From assembly GCF_964213995.1 (NCBI RefSeq), contig NW_027590136.1:1302001-1366000 (forward strand): a stretch of DNA of 64,000 nt, given 5' to 3'. Position 1 is the stretch's first letter; the number at the start of each line of letters is the position of its first letter. The notes below the pieces were generated by a model, which worked only from the letters and a program-made list of their open reading frames with translations, was not told where the DNA came from and searched no databases. Positions 12,993 through 23,697 of the stretch are shown piece by piece. This DNA is from Mustelus asterias. Lineage: Eukaryota. Both the position numbers and the translations under genes were made by a program.

Positions 12993-13224
12993 ATTGCCCA
13001 TCACTAATTGCCTTTGTAAAAGTGATAGTGAGCTGCCGTCTTGGACTTCTGCAGTCCATGTGTTGTAAGTATGTACACAAAACTATTCGGGAGAGAGCTC
13101 CGCATTTCGACCGAGGGGCAGTGAAAGGAAAACTTTATAGTTCTAAGTTCTAGCCCTCAGCCTCTTGAGAGGTATTGGCGGGCTTTCTTATATATAGCGC
13201 CGACGTGGATGGATCAGGACTAGT

Positions 13225-15608
13225 TAAGAACATAAGAAATAGGAGCAGGAGTAGGCCATCTAACCCCTCGAGCCTGCCCCGCCATTCAATAAGATCATGG
13301 CTGATCTGACTTGGATCAGTACCACTTACCCGCCTGATCCCCATAACCCTTAATTCCCTTACCGATCAGGAATCCATCCATCCGCGCTTTAAACATATTC
13401 AGCGAGGTTGCCTCCACCACCACAGTGGGCAGAGAATTCCAGAGATTCACCACCCTCTGGGAGAAGAAGTTCCTCCTCAACTCTGTCTTAAACCGACCCC
13501 CCTTTATTTTGAGGCTGTGTCCTCTAGTTTTAACTTCCTTACTAAGTGGAAAGAATCTCTCCACCTCCACCCTATCCAGCCCCCGCATTATCTTATAAGT
13601 CTCCATAAGATCCCCCCTCGTCCTTCTAAACTCCAACGAGTACAAACCCAATCACCTCAGCCTCTCCTCATAATCCAAACCCCTCATCTCCGGTATCAAC
13701 CTGGTGAACCTTCTCTGCACTCCCTCCAATGCCAATATATCCTTCCTCATATAAGGGGACCAATACTGCACACAGTATTCCAGCTGCGGCCTCACCAATG
13801 CCCTGTACAGGTGCATCAAGATATCCCTGCTTTTATATTCTATCCCCCTCGTGATATAGGCCAACATCCCATTTGCCTTCTTGATCACCTGTTGTACCTG
13901 CAGACTGGGCTTTTGCGTCTCATGCACAAGGATCCCCAGGTCCCTTTGCACGGTAGCATGTTTTAATTTGTTTCCATTGAGATAGTAATCCCTTTTGTTA
14001 TTATTTCCTCCAAAGTGTATAACCTCGCATTTATCAACGTTATACTCCATTTGCCATATCCTCGCCCACTCACTCAGCCTGTCCAAATCTCTCTGCAGAT
14101 CTTCTCCGTCCTCCACACGATTCACTTTTCCACTTATCTTTGTGTCGTCTGCAAACTTCGTTACCCTACACTCCGTCCCCTCCTCCAGATTATCTATATA
14201 AATGGTAAATAGTTGCGGCCCGAGTACCGATCCCTGCGGCACGCCACTAGTTACCTTCCTCCAACCGGAAAAACACCCATTTATTCCGACTCTTTGCTTC
14301 CTATCGGATAGCCAGTCCCCAATCCACTTTAACACACTATCCCCAACTCCGTGTGCCCTAATCTTCTTCAGCAGCCTTTTATGGGGCACCTTATCAAACG
14401 CCTTTTGGAAATCCAAAAACACCGCATCCACCAGTTCTCTTCCATAACGTTATCCACCATAATCCTCCGGCGTAACATTAGCCGTTTTCCAATCAACCGG
14501 CACTACCCCAGAATGCAACGAGTTTTGATAAATAATCACTAACGCATCCACTATTACCTCTGACATTTCTTTCAATACCCTGGGATGCATTCCATCCGGA
14601 CCCGGGGACTTGTCCACCTTCAGTCCCATTAGTCTACCCAGCACTGTCTCTCTGGTAACATTCATTGTATTAAGTATTTCTCCTGCTGCCAACCCTCTAT
14701 CGTTAATATTTGGCAAACTATTTGTGTCCTCCACCGTGAAGACCGACACAAAAAACTTATTTAAAGACTCAGCCATATCCTCATTTCCCACTATTAACTC
14801 CCCCCTCTCGTCCTCCAAGGGTCCAACATTCACTCTAGCCACTCTATTCCTTTTTATATATTTATAAAAACTTTTACTATCATTTTTTATATTAATTGCT
14901 AGCCTAGCTTCATAGTCTATCCTTCCTTTCTTTATCGCTTTCTTAGTCTCTCTTTGTTGTTTCTTAAATTTTTCCCAATCACTTGTTTCTCCACTATTTT
15001 TGGCCACTCTGTACGCAGCTGTTTTTATTTTAATACTCTCCTTTATTTCCTTCGTTATCCACGGCTGGTTCTCCCTTTTCTTACAATCCTTGTTTTTTGC
15101 TGGAATATATTTTTGCTGAGAACTGAAAAGGATCTCCTTAAAAATCCTCCACTGTTCCTCAGCTATCCTACCTGCCAGCCTGCTCTCCCAGTCTACCTTA
15201 GCCAATTCATCCCTCATCCTATCATATTTCCCTCTGTTCAAACAGAGGACACTGGTTTGGGACCAAACTTTCTCCTCTTCCATCTGAATCAGGAATTCGA
15301 CCATATTGTGGTCACTAGACCCAAGAGGGTCCTTCACAATAAGATCCTTAATTCTACCTACCTCGTTACACAGTACCAGATCCAAAATAGCTCGTTCCCT
15401 CGTCGGTTCCGTAACATGCTGTTCAAGGAAACTATCTCGACAGCATTCTAAGAACTCTTCCTCCATTCCACCCTTACCGACTTGAGTCTGCCAGTCAATG
15501 TGCATGTTGAAGTCCCCCATGATTATTGCCGTTCCGTTTTTACACGCATCCCTTATCTGCTTGTTTATAGCCCTCCCTACCTCAACATTATTATTTGGGG
15601 GCCTATAT
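13225..15608 (-). mobile_element. CR1 LINE fragment (endonuclease end + RT) with internal deletion near 14430-14470
   Basis: ORFs 14450..15520, 13652..14431 and 13316..13651; tail ttcttatgttctt. Confidence 0.93.
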
Positions 15609-15619
15609 GCCTATATAGT

Positions 15620-15892
15620 TGTTGGTGATCTGGACATCGAGAAACCTTGAAGCTCTCGACCATTCCCACTTCATTCCCGTTGATGTCGATAGGGCATGTC
15701 CTCCACTACGCTTAATAAAGTCGATGACTATCTCTTTCCTTTAACTGACATTCAGGGAGAGACTACTGTCCTCGCACCAGTTCACCAGATTCACCATCTC
15801 TTTCCTGCCTCATCATTGTTTGAAATCCGACCCACCACGGTGGTGTCAACAGCAAACTTGAAAATTGAGTTGGAGGGGAATTTGGCCATACA
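15620..15892 (-). mobile_element. Degenerate Rex1/L2-like LINE RT fragment
   Basis: Minus strand reads SNSIFKFAVDTTVVGRISNNDE (degenerate KFADD motif). Confidence 0.6.
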
Positions 15893-16104
15893 TTCACTGT
15901 TTCATTCATTGTTTCCCTTCTCGGACTCCGCTGTACAGATTGAGCTGCTAAAGGACCAACGTTGGAATTATTCCACAGAGAGTACTCAGGTTAAGATGAA
16001 TAAAATCACCTTTCACTCCGCGTCGAGGGCAGGAATTGAAGATCCAAGGAGTTTGACATTATTGGTTGAATCGTTGGCATATCTGTTTTAGATGATTCAA
16101 TGTC

Positions 16105-16140
16105 AACTGATGACGCACGCGGCGAAGAACCAATCAGAAG
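16105..16140 (+). promoter_or_regulatory. Putative TCR V promoter: CRE-like TGACGCA and CCAAT box
   Basis: tgatgacgca and ccaatc about 100-130 bp upstream of the leader ATG. Confidence 0.5.
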
Positions 16141-16235
16141 AGTAGTGGGTGTTACTCACCCGCTTCTCAATTCTTGAGTGAAAACTTTCAGCCTCAGCCC
16201 ATTGCTGTTGACTGTGCTATGAGGTCTCTGCAAAC

Positions 16236-17011
16236 ATGTCTCCTGTTACCTTGCGTTTATTCCTCACAGCGGCTGCTCTGTTAACCGGTCAGTTCACAAA
16301 TTTCACAAAGCTGTGTTTCATATATTTACCACACATGGCATCATCACATCGGTAACAATGGATTGATCACGGATCAGTAAATTAACCCTATCCACTTTAC
16401 CGCCACACACCCTGTGACAAACAGTGGACTTGAAAACCTATGGACAGTTGTCAGTTTCCCCTTCAAATTGCAGGAAACGCTAGAGGGGAAATGAACCCGA
16501 TAGATGGCGCCAATTGTGCATTCCAGAAATCTTATTATTCGATTCAAATATAATCAAGTTATAATTCCTGAGATGTTGGAAATATGTTTCACTTTCGTTG
16601 CACCAAGTTATTTATCCGGCTGTTGCACAAGGCAAAATGCAGATTCTGTGTGATAAACGTAGTTGATTGACATCATTTAATTTGTTGTTACTCTGAATAC
16701 TTTAGGATATTGTGGAGGAGACTCTGTTACACAGACACCAGCTGCAGTCACAGTGAGTGAAGGACGTGACGGTCAGTTGTTCTGTAACTTTACAGCTACA
16801 ACAGCAACGACCCTAATCTATTCTGGCATCGTCAGTATCCCAGCGGGTCCATGGAGTTTCTGTATCAGAAAAGTAGGTACAGTGGGAACACAGAAAGATT
16901 CCGAGGGGACCGTTTCTCTGCAGAGTTTGACTTTATGAAGAGCACCATTCCGCTGAATGTGTCTAAGATAGAGCTGGCAGACTCCGGGGTGTATTACTGC
17001 GCACTGAGACC
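16236..17011 (+). pseudogene. TCR alpha/delta V segment: leader 16236-16287, intron, V exon 16706-17011; 1-nt frameshift near 16800
   Basis: MSPVTLRLFLTAAALLT-G; GT..AG phase-1 intron; GDSVTQTP..QLFCNF / LFWHRQYP..RFSAEF..LADSGVYYCALR. Confidence 0.92.
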
Positions 17012-17050
17012 CACAGAGACACAGAAATGTGCTGAACCTGTACAAAAACT
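17012..17050 (+). other. V(D)J recombination signal sequence, 23-bp spacer
   Basis: CACAGAG + 23 nt + ACAAAAACT immediately after YYCALR. Confidence 0.93.
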
Positions 17051-17203
17051 GTCAGAGCGTCACTCAACATTCAAATGTGGCAGTTGAGTGAATCATTACA
17101 GAATATTTATATGCCGACTTACCTGATGTCACACAATGTGTTTAATGTCACTGATACGATGAATGAATGAAACACAAGCCAATTTGGCCCCCACCATGGT
17201 CCT

Positions 17204-17400
17204 TCAAACAACATTATTATGGATAGCCTGTTTCAGGACGTTTGTTCTTGGGTAGTTATTGACTCGAGCAACTCTAGTGCTCTTCTTCAAAAAAGTGTCC
17301 TTGCGCACTATCACCTCCATCTGAGAAGGCAGTCGGTGCCCTCGATTTAACATCTCATTCGGCACCTTTGACAATTCACCATCCGCTGCGGAGTGCACGG
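17204..17400 (-). mobile_element. Deu-domain SINE (SacSINE1/AmnSINE-like) relic
   Basis: gctcttcttcaaaaaagtg..ctgagaaggcagtcggtgccctcgatttaacatctcat resembles the Deu-SINE core as recalled. Confidence 0.55.
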
Positions 17401-19014
17401 CCGCATCTGAATGGATCCTGCGACTGGAGTCTCCTCAAATCTTCTGCTTCATAGGCGGTAAAAATACCTTCTGGGATTGTTTTTCCTGAAAGAATCCGTG
17501 TGTCTTGTGGAGGAAAGAATCTCGGAATAGACTGAAGACTGAATCCTGGATATCCCGGGAGTCAGTGACTGTTCATCCACCCAATCATGGATTAAAATAA
17601 AGAAACGGAAATTTAAAGCAGCAACCTTTGCTGGTCCTGATGGAAGCGGCCGGATAACATGTTTAACCTTTGGAATCAACTATTACTCTTCAAGGGAAAT
17701 AAAAGTTTTTTTTACTGTTCTCGCGTCCTTGATGGATTCTGGACATCTGAAAGCACTTTACAAATTATGGAAGTTTATTTCCAGTGCAGCCGCTGTGTGT
17801 GCTATTTGAAACATTATTTATACAGAGGACACGGGGCATTGTGGATCACCGCCACAAAGAGTTGGCTCTCTGACGCTCATAGCGAAATGAAGAGATTTTC
17901 AAGTCCTTGTATTTTCTGGATATTTTGTGTTTGTGAACAATCGTAACCAAAATCTTACATCACAAGCATGGGAACCCGCACCACCTCTCTCTCACAGACA
18001 TACCCTCCCTCTCCCTCTTTCGCTGTCCTTCTCACTGATCAACGCTATTAATTAGAAACATTGCGCTGATTTTTTCCTTCAGTAAACCCTGTGACCATGC
18101 ACCATGAAATGCAATCGTTTGCAAAGTTCACTCTCTAAGTCTCCTTTGCCATAACATTGACAATTCATCGACAGGTGCTTGTCCTAAATATGCCACTGTT
18201 CACAGTGAAGTGTCACATCACAACGTTATTTCCTGTAATTTACAGCTGTCACCTGTGAGAGCGGTGAACTGCAGTTTTACGTACTTTCGGTCAAATAAAG
18301 GTTTTTGGAGAGCCACCTTGTGGAATGATCTGTGTAAACCCAATTATTCTCGAATATTGCAGCATACTAAAATATTACTATGCCAGATTATTACGGATGT
18401 TATTGTTTTGATTTTATTATTCCTGATGCTTATGCCTTTTCATTATTTCAATTTTGTTACGCTTACTATTTACTATTAATTCCGACATTATTTTCCTAGT
18501 TTGCTGCCAACCGAAGTAACTAAAATTGAAACAGTACCATTTAAATCTCGAACGAATGTATGAACAGGGGGTATATTTACATAATTTTTATGTGTTGGTA
18601 TTTTAAAATCTGGATTTCATTGGGATCTTGGCAGATTCATATCGCTAAAGCAAGCTTCATGATCCAGAGTGGCTGAGGCAATGCAATAAATCGGCAGTCT
18701 TTAAAATAAAAGTGGAATTAGCTCTCATGTATACGTTCATTGCATTGCAACAATAACAATATTTGCAAGAATAATGCGGCAGAATCTTGGAACAACATAT
18801 TTCAGGAACTTGAGAATTCGGTGGTTTTCCAGGAATTAGCCTCACATAGCCACCAGATGGAGGTGTCTCACCATGTTTGTTTGTTTACTGCAGCGGGTAC
18901 GGGAACAATAACGTTGTGGTTCTGCAGCTAGTCTAGTATTCCAGAGGGACAAGCGGCTCTCCGAAATCACCCTTTCCTTAACACGTGTTATGTTATATAA
19001 GACTATATAATTAT

Positions 19015-19560
19015 TTGCAGCTATATAAGACCCTGGTCAGACCACACTTGGAGCACTGTGCTCAGTTCAGGTCGCCTCATTACAGGAAGGATGTGAAAGC
19101 CATAGAAAGGGTGCAGAGGAGATTTACAAGGATGTTGCCTGGGTTGGGGAGCATGCCTTATGAGGATAGGTTGAGTGAGCTCGGCCTTTTCTCCTTGGAG
19201 AGACGAAGGATGAGGGGTGACCTGTTGAGAGGCATTGATCGAGTGGATAGTCAGAGGCTTTTTCCCAGGGCTGAAATGGTTGCCACTCGGGGACACAGGT
19301 TAAAAGTGCTGGGGAGTAGGTACAGAGGAGATGTCAGGGGTAAGTTTTTCACTCAGAGGGTGGTGGGTGCGTGGAATGGGCTGCCAGCAACGGTGGTGGA
19401 GGCGGATTCAATAGGATCTTTTAAGAGACTTTTAGATAAGTACATGGAACTTAGTAAGATAGAGGGTTATAGGTAAGCCTAGTAATCGCTAAGGTGGGGA
19501 CATGTTCGGCACCACTTTCCTGTATTGTGCTGTAGTTTTTCTATGTTTCTATGTTTCTAT
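19015..19560 (+). mobile_element. CR1 LINE 3' fragment
   Basis: ORF 18985..19476 LVRPHLEHC..FFTQRVV; tail tttctatg repeats. Confidence 0.9.
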
Positions 19561-20202
19561 ATTATGTTATTTTATTTCTCCATCTGGAATTCCTGATTCA
19601 ATTCTGGACATTGCGTTTCTCAATGCGCCCCCTCGTTTCTCTCACTGTATAGCTTTCTGTTTCTCGTGTTCACAGCCTTCTTGTCTCTCTTTGTTTCTTC
19701 ACCGTTTCTTAATCTAATTCCCTTCCTGCCTCCGCCTCTTTTTCACTCCGTGTCAGTCCCACTATTTATCTCTGTTTCTCGCTCATTTCTATCATTCCGC
19801 TTCCTCTTTACCTCCCCGAATCTCAATCAGTCTCTCCCTATCTATGTACCTATATCTACCACGGTCTCTGCTTTTGATTCACTCACTGTCTTTCCATTTG
19901 CTTAGCTTCAATTCTTGTGTCGTATTTCTCCTTGCGACATGTCAAATATCAAATATTTTCCACAGCTCTTTTATAACAATATCTTAAATTTTTTAAAAAA
20001 ATGATTGTTTCAATCTCATCTTCACGTTATGTTCATGTATTCGAAAAAATGGGACAGAGGAAACGTTTCCCAGTGCAGTACCTGTTGCTCTCGACTTGCT
20101 AATAATTTGGGTTCATTTTAAATCAGAGCAATCTACAGGTAGGTTTAGAAATTCCAGGTTTTCCCCTTCTGCCCAGCTGTTCCCTTTGTCACACTGCGGT
20201 AG

Positions 20203-20241
20203 TTATTTTGCACGAGGCTTCCTCTGGTTCTGGTCACTGTG
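20203..20241 (-). other. RSS with 23-bp spacer (perfect heptamer, weak nonamer)
   Basis: Minus strand CACAGTG + 23 nt + GCAAAATAA. Confidence 0.85.
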
Positions 20242-20768
20242 TCTCTCAGTCCGCTGTAATAAACCGCGCTGTCAGACAGCTGCAGCTCACGTGGTGAAAT
20301 TTCCCTGCTTTTTCGAAGTGTTCAAAGATGCAGAAAATCGAGCCCCCACGCCCTCTGCCCTGACAACATCTTCGTAACTGGGGATGTAGATCAAGAATGT
20401 GGGGACTTTATACAGGTCCTGGTGGTAAAACTGAAAAGAATATGCAGCCGCTGTGGTCGAATAGCTGAAATCAATACACACCGATTCTCCTTCAAACCTT
20501 ATCGCTGTAACCGGACCCTGGGAGACAAAACCTGCAGCACTCACACCTGCAAAAAAGAATAGAAATACGAAATTTAATTTTTCTTATCACTTTGTCAGAA
20601 ACAACGGGATTTAGGTAATTGAATATATTACAAATAGATGGAAAAACAGTTCAATGGAAAGATTTCTATGTTAGTATCGCGAGCAAGCGGCAGAATGTGC
20701 AACTTGGGAACAGTTAAAAGAGTTGAAGCTGTGAGGAACTGGTAAAGACTAACACACAATGTCTTCAT
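20242..20768 (-). pseudogene. TCR alpha/delta V pseudogene in inverted orientation
   Basis: Leader MKTLCVSLYQFLTASTLLT (ATG 20768, donor damaged); acceptor TTTTGCAG; VSQGP..EGESV..FYHQ..RFSASLN / LQLSDSAVYYSGLR; both canonical Cys and the Trp are lost; frameshift near 20290. Confidence 0.88.
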
Positions 20769-20786
20769 AGAGATGATGCTGGATCT

Positions 20787-20982
20787 GAACTCAGTGAGTT
20801 AAAGCTCCATATTTATTTCAGGGTTCAGAAAATGTTGAGAAATATCCGGCCTCAAGCGATTGGCTCGTTTCTGACAGAGCCAGCGGGAGACAGCCAATCA
20901 GCTCACAGATTCATTACCCTCCATTTCATCCAATCAGCTCAGAGTGCCTTCGCTCACCAATCCATGACGTCAGACGGAGGAG
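20787..20982 (-). promoter_or_regulatory. TCR V promoter region: repeated CCAAT boxes and perfect CRE TGACGTCA
   Basis: ccaatcagctc twice plus tgacgtca at ~20965, upstream of the leader ATG 20768. Confidence 0.6.
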
Positions 20983-20984
20983 CC

Positions 20985-21170
20985 TTAATTGCCCTCCATT
21001 TGAGAGGACATTTAAGGATCAACCACATTACTGTGGCTCTGGAGTCACATGTAGGCCAAACCAGCTGAGGACGGCAGATCTCCTGCCCCCATGACATTAG
21101 TGAACCGGATGGGGTTTTGCAACAATCGATAATGGTTTCATGGTCATCATTACACTTTTAATTCCAGATT
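20985..21170 (+). repeat. Interspersed repeat fragment (SINE/LINE 3' end)
   Basis: taattgccct..ggagtcacatgtaggcc..gacattagtgaacc, recognised as a common shark repeat; family not assigned. Confidence 0.45.
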
Positions 21171-21789
21171 AATCACATCAAAACCTGAAAAATGTTCAAT
21201 CTGAGAGCTGGCGTTTCTTCATGCTGACGTTAATAATCTCCATAACTTGCTGCTTTTGAATATTCCGATATGTGTCAAATGAACTAATATTGTTTCAGGC
21301 ACAGAGTCAGTTCCTTCATTTCTCCAGGATAGGAGCAGATGAATTGCTAACCTATCGCTGGCTGTCACTCAATGCTTCATCTTTATTATTTTCTCCTTTC
21401 TAACTGTCTAGATCATTTCATTTCTTGGACCTTCAGCTATTCTCTTGAACTCATACCTTCCAAAATGTCTTTCCAAGCCTTGGGAACCAGGGAAGGCATT
21501 GATAACACATCCGGGGCAGTAAACACAAAACACGGCCGTGATGTGCTGGACCCCATCATTGAGAGTGGGGATGTTTGTGGAGCCTCCCCTTCCTGTGGTT
21601 CCACTTTGGATGGAAATCAGTGAGGTCTGAGAGCGGTTTTCTATTTTTCATATACTCGTAAAACAAATGAACTGATAAACTTGTTGAAATCCTCTTAAAA
21701 CAGCATTGTAATAAAAAGACAGAACTTCAAGGAAAACATATTAAATTAAAATATTTTCCCTATTTATACTCTTTATTCCTTGAACTGGG

Positions 21790-22305
21790 AAATTATCAAC
21801 GCAGTCAAACTGGGGAGAGGTCATTCACCGTCGCGAAGGGTGGAGATGGATTTAATCAGTTGTCCCTTCTGTCAACACACCAGCAAGTTCATACTGGGGA
21901 GAAGCTGTTCTGATGTATTAAATGTGCGAAGGAATTTGCTTACTCATCTGACCCGCTGGCACGTGAATGAGTTCACACAGAGGAGAATGCAGTCACCTGC
22001 TCTGTTTGTGGGAAAGGATTCGCTTAGTCATCCCAGCTCACTAAGCATAAACTTGATCACAGTGATCAGAGTCCTTTTAAATGTTCTGATTGTGACAAGA
22101 GCTTTAAAACAAGAAGTATACGTGAATAAAACAACAGCTTCAGACTGGAGTGAGACGGTTCATAGACCCGGAAAGTGGGAAAGGATTAATTCAGTCATCC
22201 GATCTGCTCACACACCAACAACGTCACACCAAGGAGAGGCCGTTCACCTTCTCTGAGTGTGGGAAGGGATTCCAACCACTTCCTGGCACACCAGCGTGTT
22301 CACAA
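21790..22305 (+). pseudogene. Degenerate C2H2 zinc-finger array relic
   Basis: Repeated TGERPF-type linkers, e.g. [21 protein letters not shown], broken by frameshifts. Confidence 0.75.
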
Positions 22306-22339
22306 ATGAGCGGAGGACATTGCAGACATGACGGCAACG

Positions 22340-22900
22340 GTTGAACGGACACTGCACAACAATCGCCAGGCGGGAATGTTCCCTTCCAGTTGGGGAGCTC
22401 TTCAGCAGTCCAGGACATTCAGCCTCCAGTTTTCGGGTAAGCGTTCTCCAAGGCGGCTTTCAAGACATATGGCAACGCAGAATCGCCGAGCAGAAACTGA
22501 TAGCCAAGTTCAACATGCATGAGGACGGCCTTAACCGGGATCTTGGGTGAATGTCGCACTACTTGTAACCCTCACCATACTGCCTGGGTTTGCAAAGTCC
22601 TACGAACTGACCTGGTTTGAGACAATTCACACCCCTTCAACTTGTAATTGTCCCTCGCTCCACTCACACTGTTCGCACCTATAAAAACTTGATTATTTAC
22701 TTTATATTTACCTATAAAGACTCATATTAAATCACTCTTCACATACCAATCTGTAACTATCTTGCAGTTGTGTCTTTCATTATATATGCTGTGCTTGCGA
22801 ACTAACCTCCACGCACCTGATGAAGGAGCAGCGCTCCGAAAGCCCGTGATTCCAAATAAACCTGTTGGATCTTAACCTGGTGTTGCGAGACTTCTTACAT
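22340..22900 (+). mobile_element. Penelope GIY-YIG 3' fragment + pLTR
   Basis: ORF 22341: CSLPVGE..EQKLIAKF..GLNRD; homologous to 292-1084. Confidence 0.88.
22814..22848 (+). ncRNA. Hammerhead ribozyme motif with mutated cleavage triplet
   Basis: cac CUGAUGA aggagc-agc-gcucc GAAA gccc gug. Confidence 0.55.
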
Positions 22901-23261
22901 TGCTGCAGTTACTCACGCCCAGGACTGAACTTGGAGGTTAATCCTGAGGTGTGTAAGGAATGTGTGCGAGCCGCTCTCTTCCATGGTTCAGAGCTCCGAG
23001 ACACGGAAGAGAAGCTCCTTTACAACTGTGTTCGGAGTCAGGAGAGCAATGTTGAATACTGCAAACGTGCTGTAAAATCAGAGGTTGGTGTAAAATTGGG
23101 CTGTTCCTGAGAGTGAAATGGCAGGTTTAAGTTTCCAGACTGAAAATGTTTGTGTGACTTTCCTGAATCTACGAATGTAAGTAACATCAAGTTACATTTC
23201 ACTCTGGAACTTTGAACCATTCTGTTTTGGTTGAAAATATTTTGTTGAAAATGTTGAAAAT

Positions 23262-23405
23262 AAGATGGGTATAGAGGGATATGGGCCAAATGCAGGCAAT
23301 TTGGATTAGCTGAGGGTTTAGAAAAAATGCCGGCATGGACAAGTTGGGCCGAAGGGCCTGTTTCCATGCTGTAAACCTCTATGATTCTATGACTCTATGA
23401 CTCTA
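23262..23405 (+). mobile_element. CR1 extreme 3' end
   Basis: gggccgaagggcctgtttcc..(gactctat)n tail. Confidence 0.8.
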
Positions 23406-23697
23406 TCTCCCACCTTCCGTTGACTTCAATGTGATGGAAACTGACTGTTGGAACCTGTCAACATTAGAAATATATTTACAAATGATGGAAGGGTTTCTTC
23501 CAGATGGATCTTTCTCTGTTCTTTCTACTGGACGTGTTAGAAAACAGACTTTCTCCTGTGAATATCCAGCTGGAATATTCGGCACTGACGTGTTTCCTTG
23601 TTCATCTTTTTCACTCGAACATAGAACATAGAACAGTACAGCACAGAACAGGCCCTTCGGCCCACGATGTTGTGCCGACCTTCATCTGAAACCAAGA

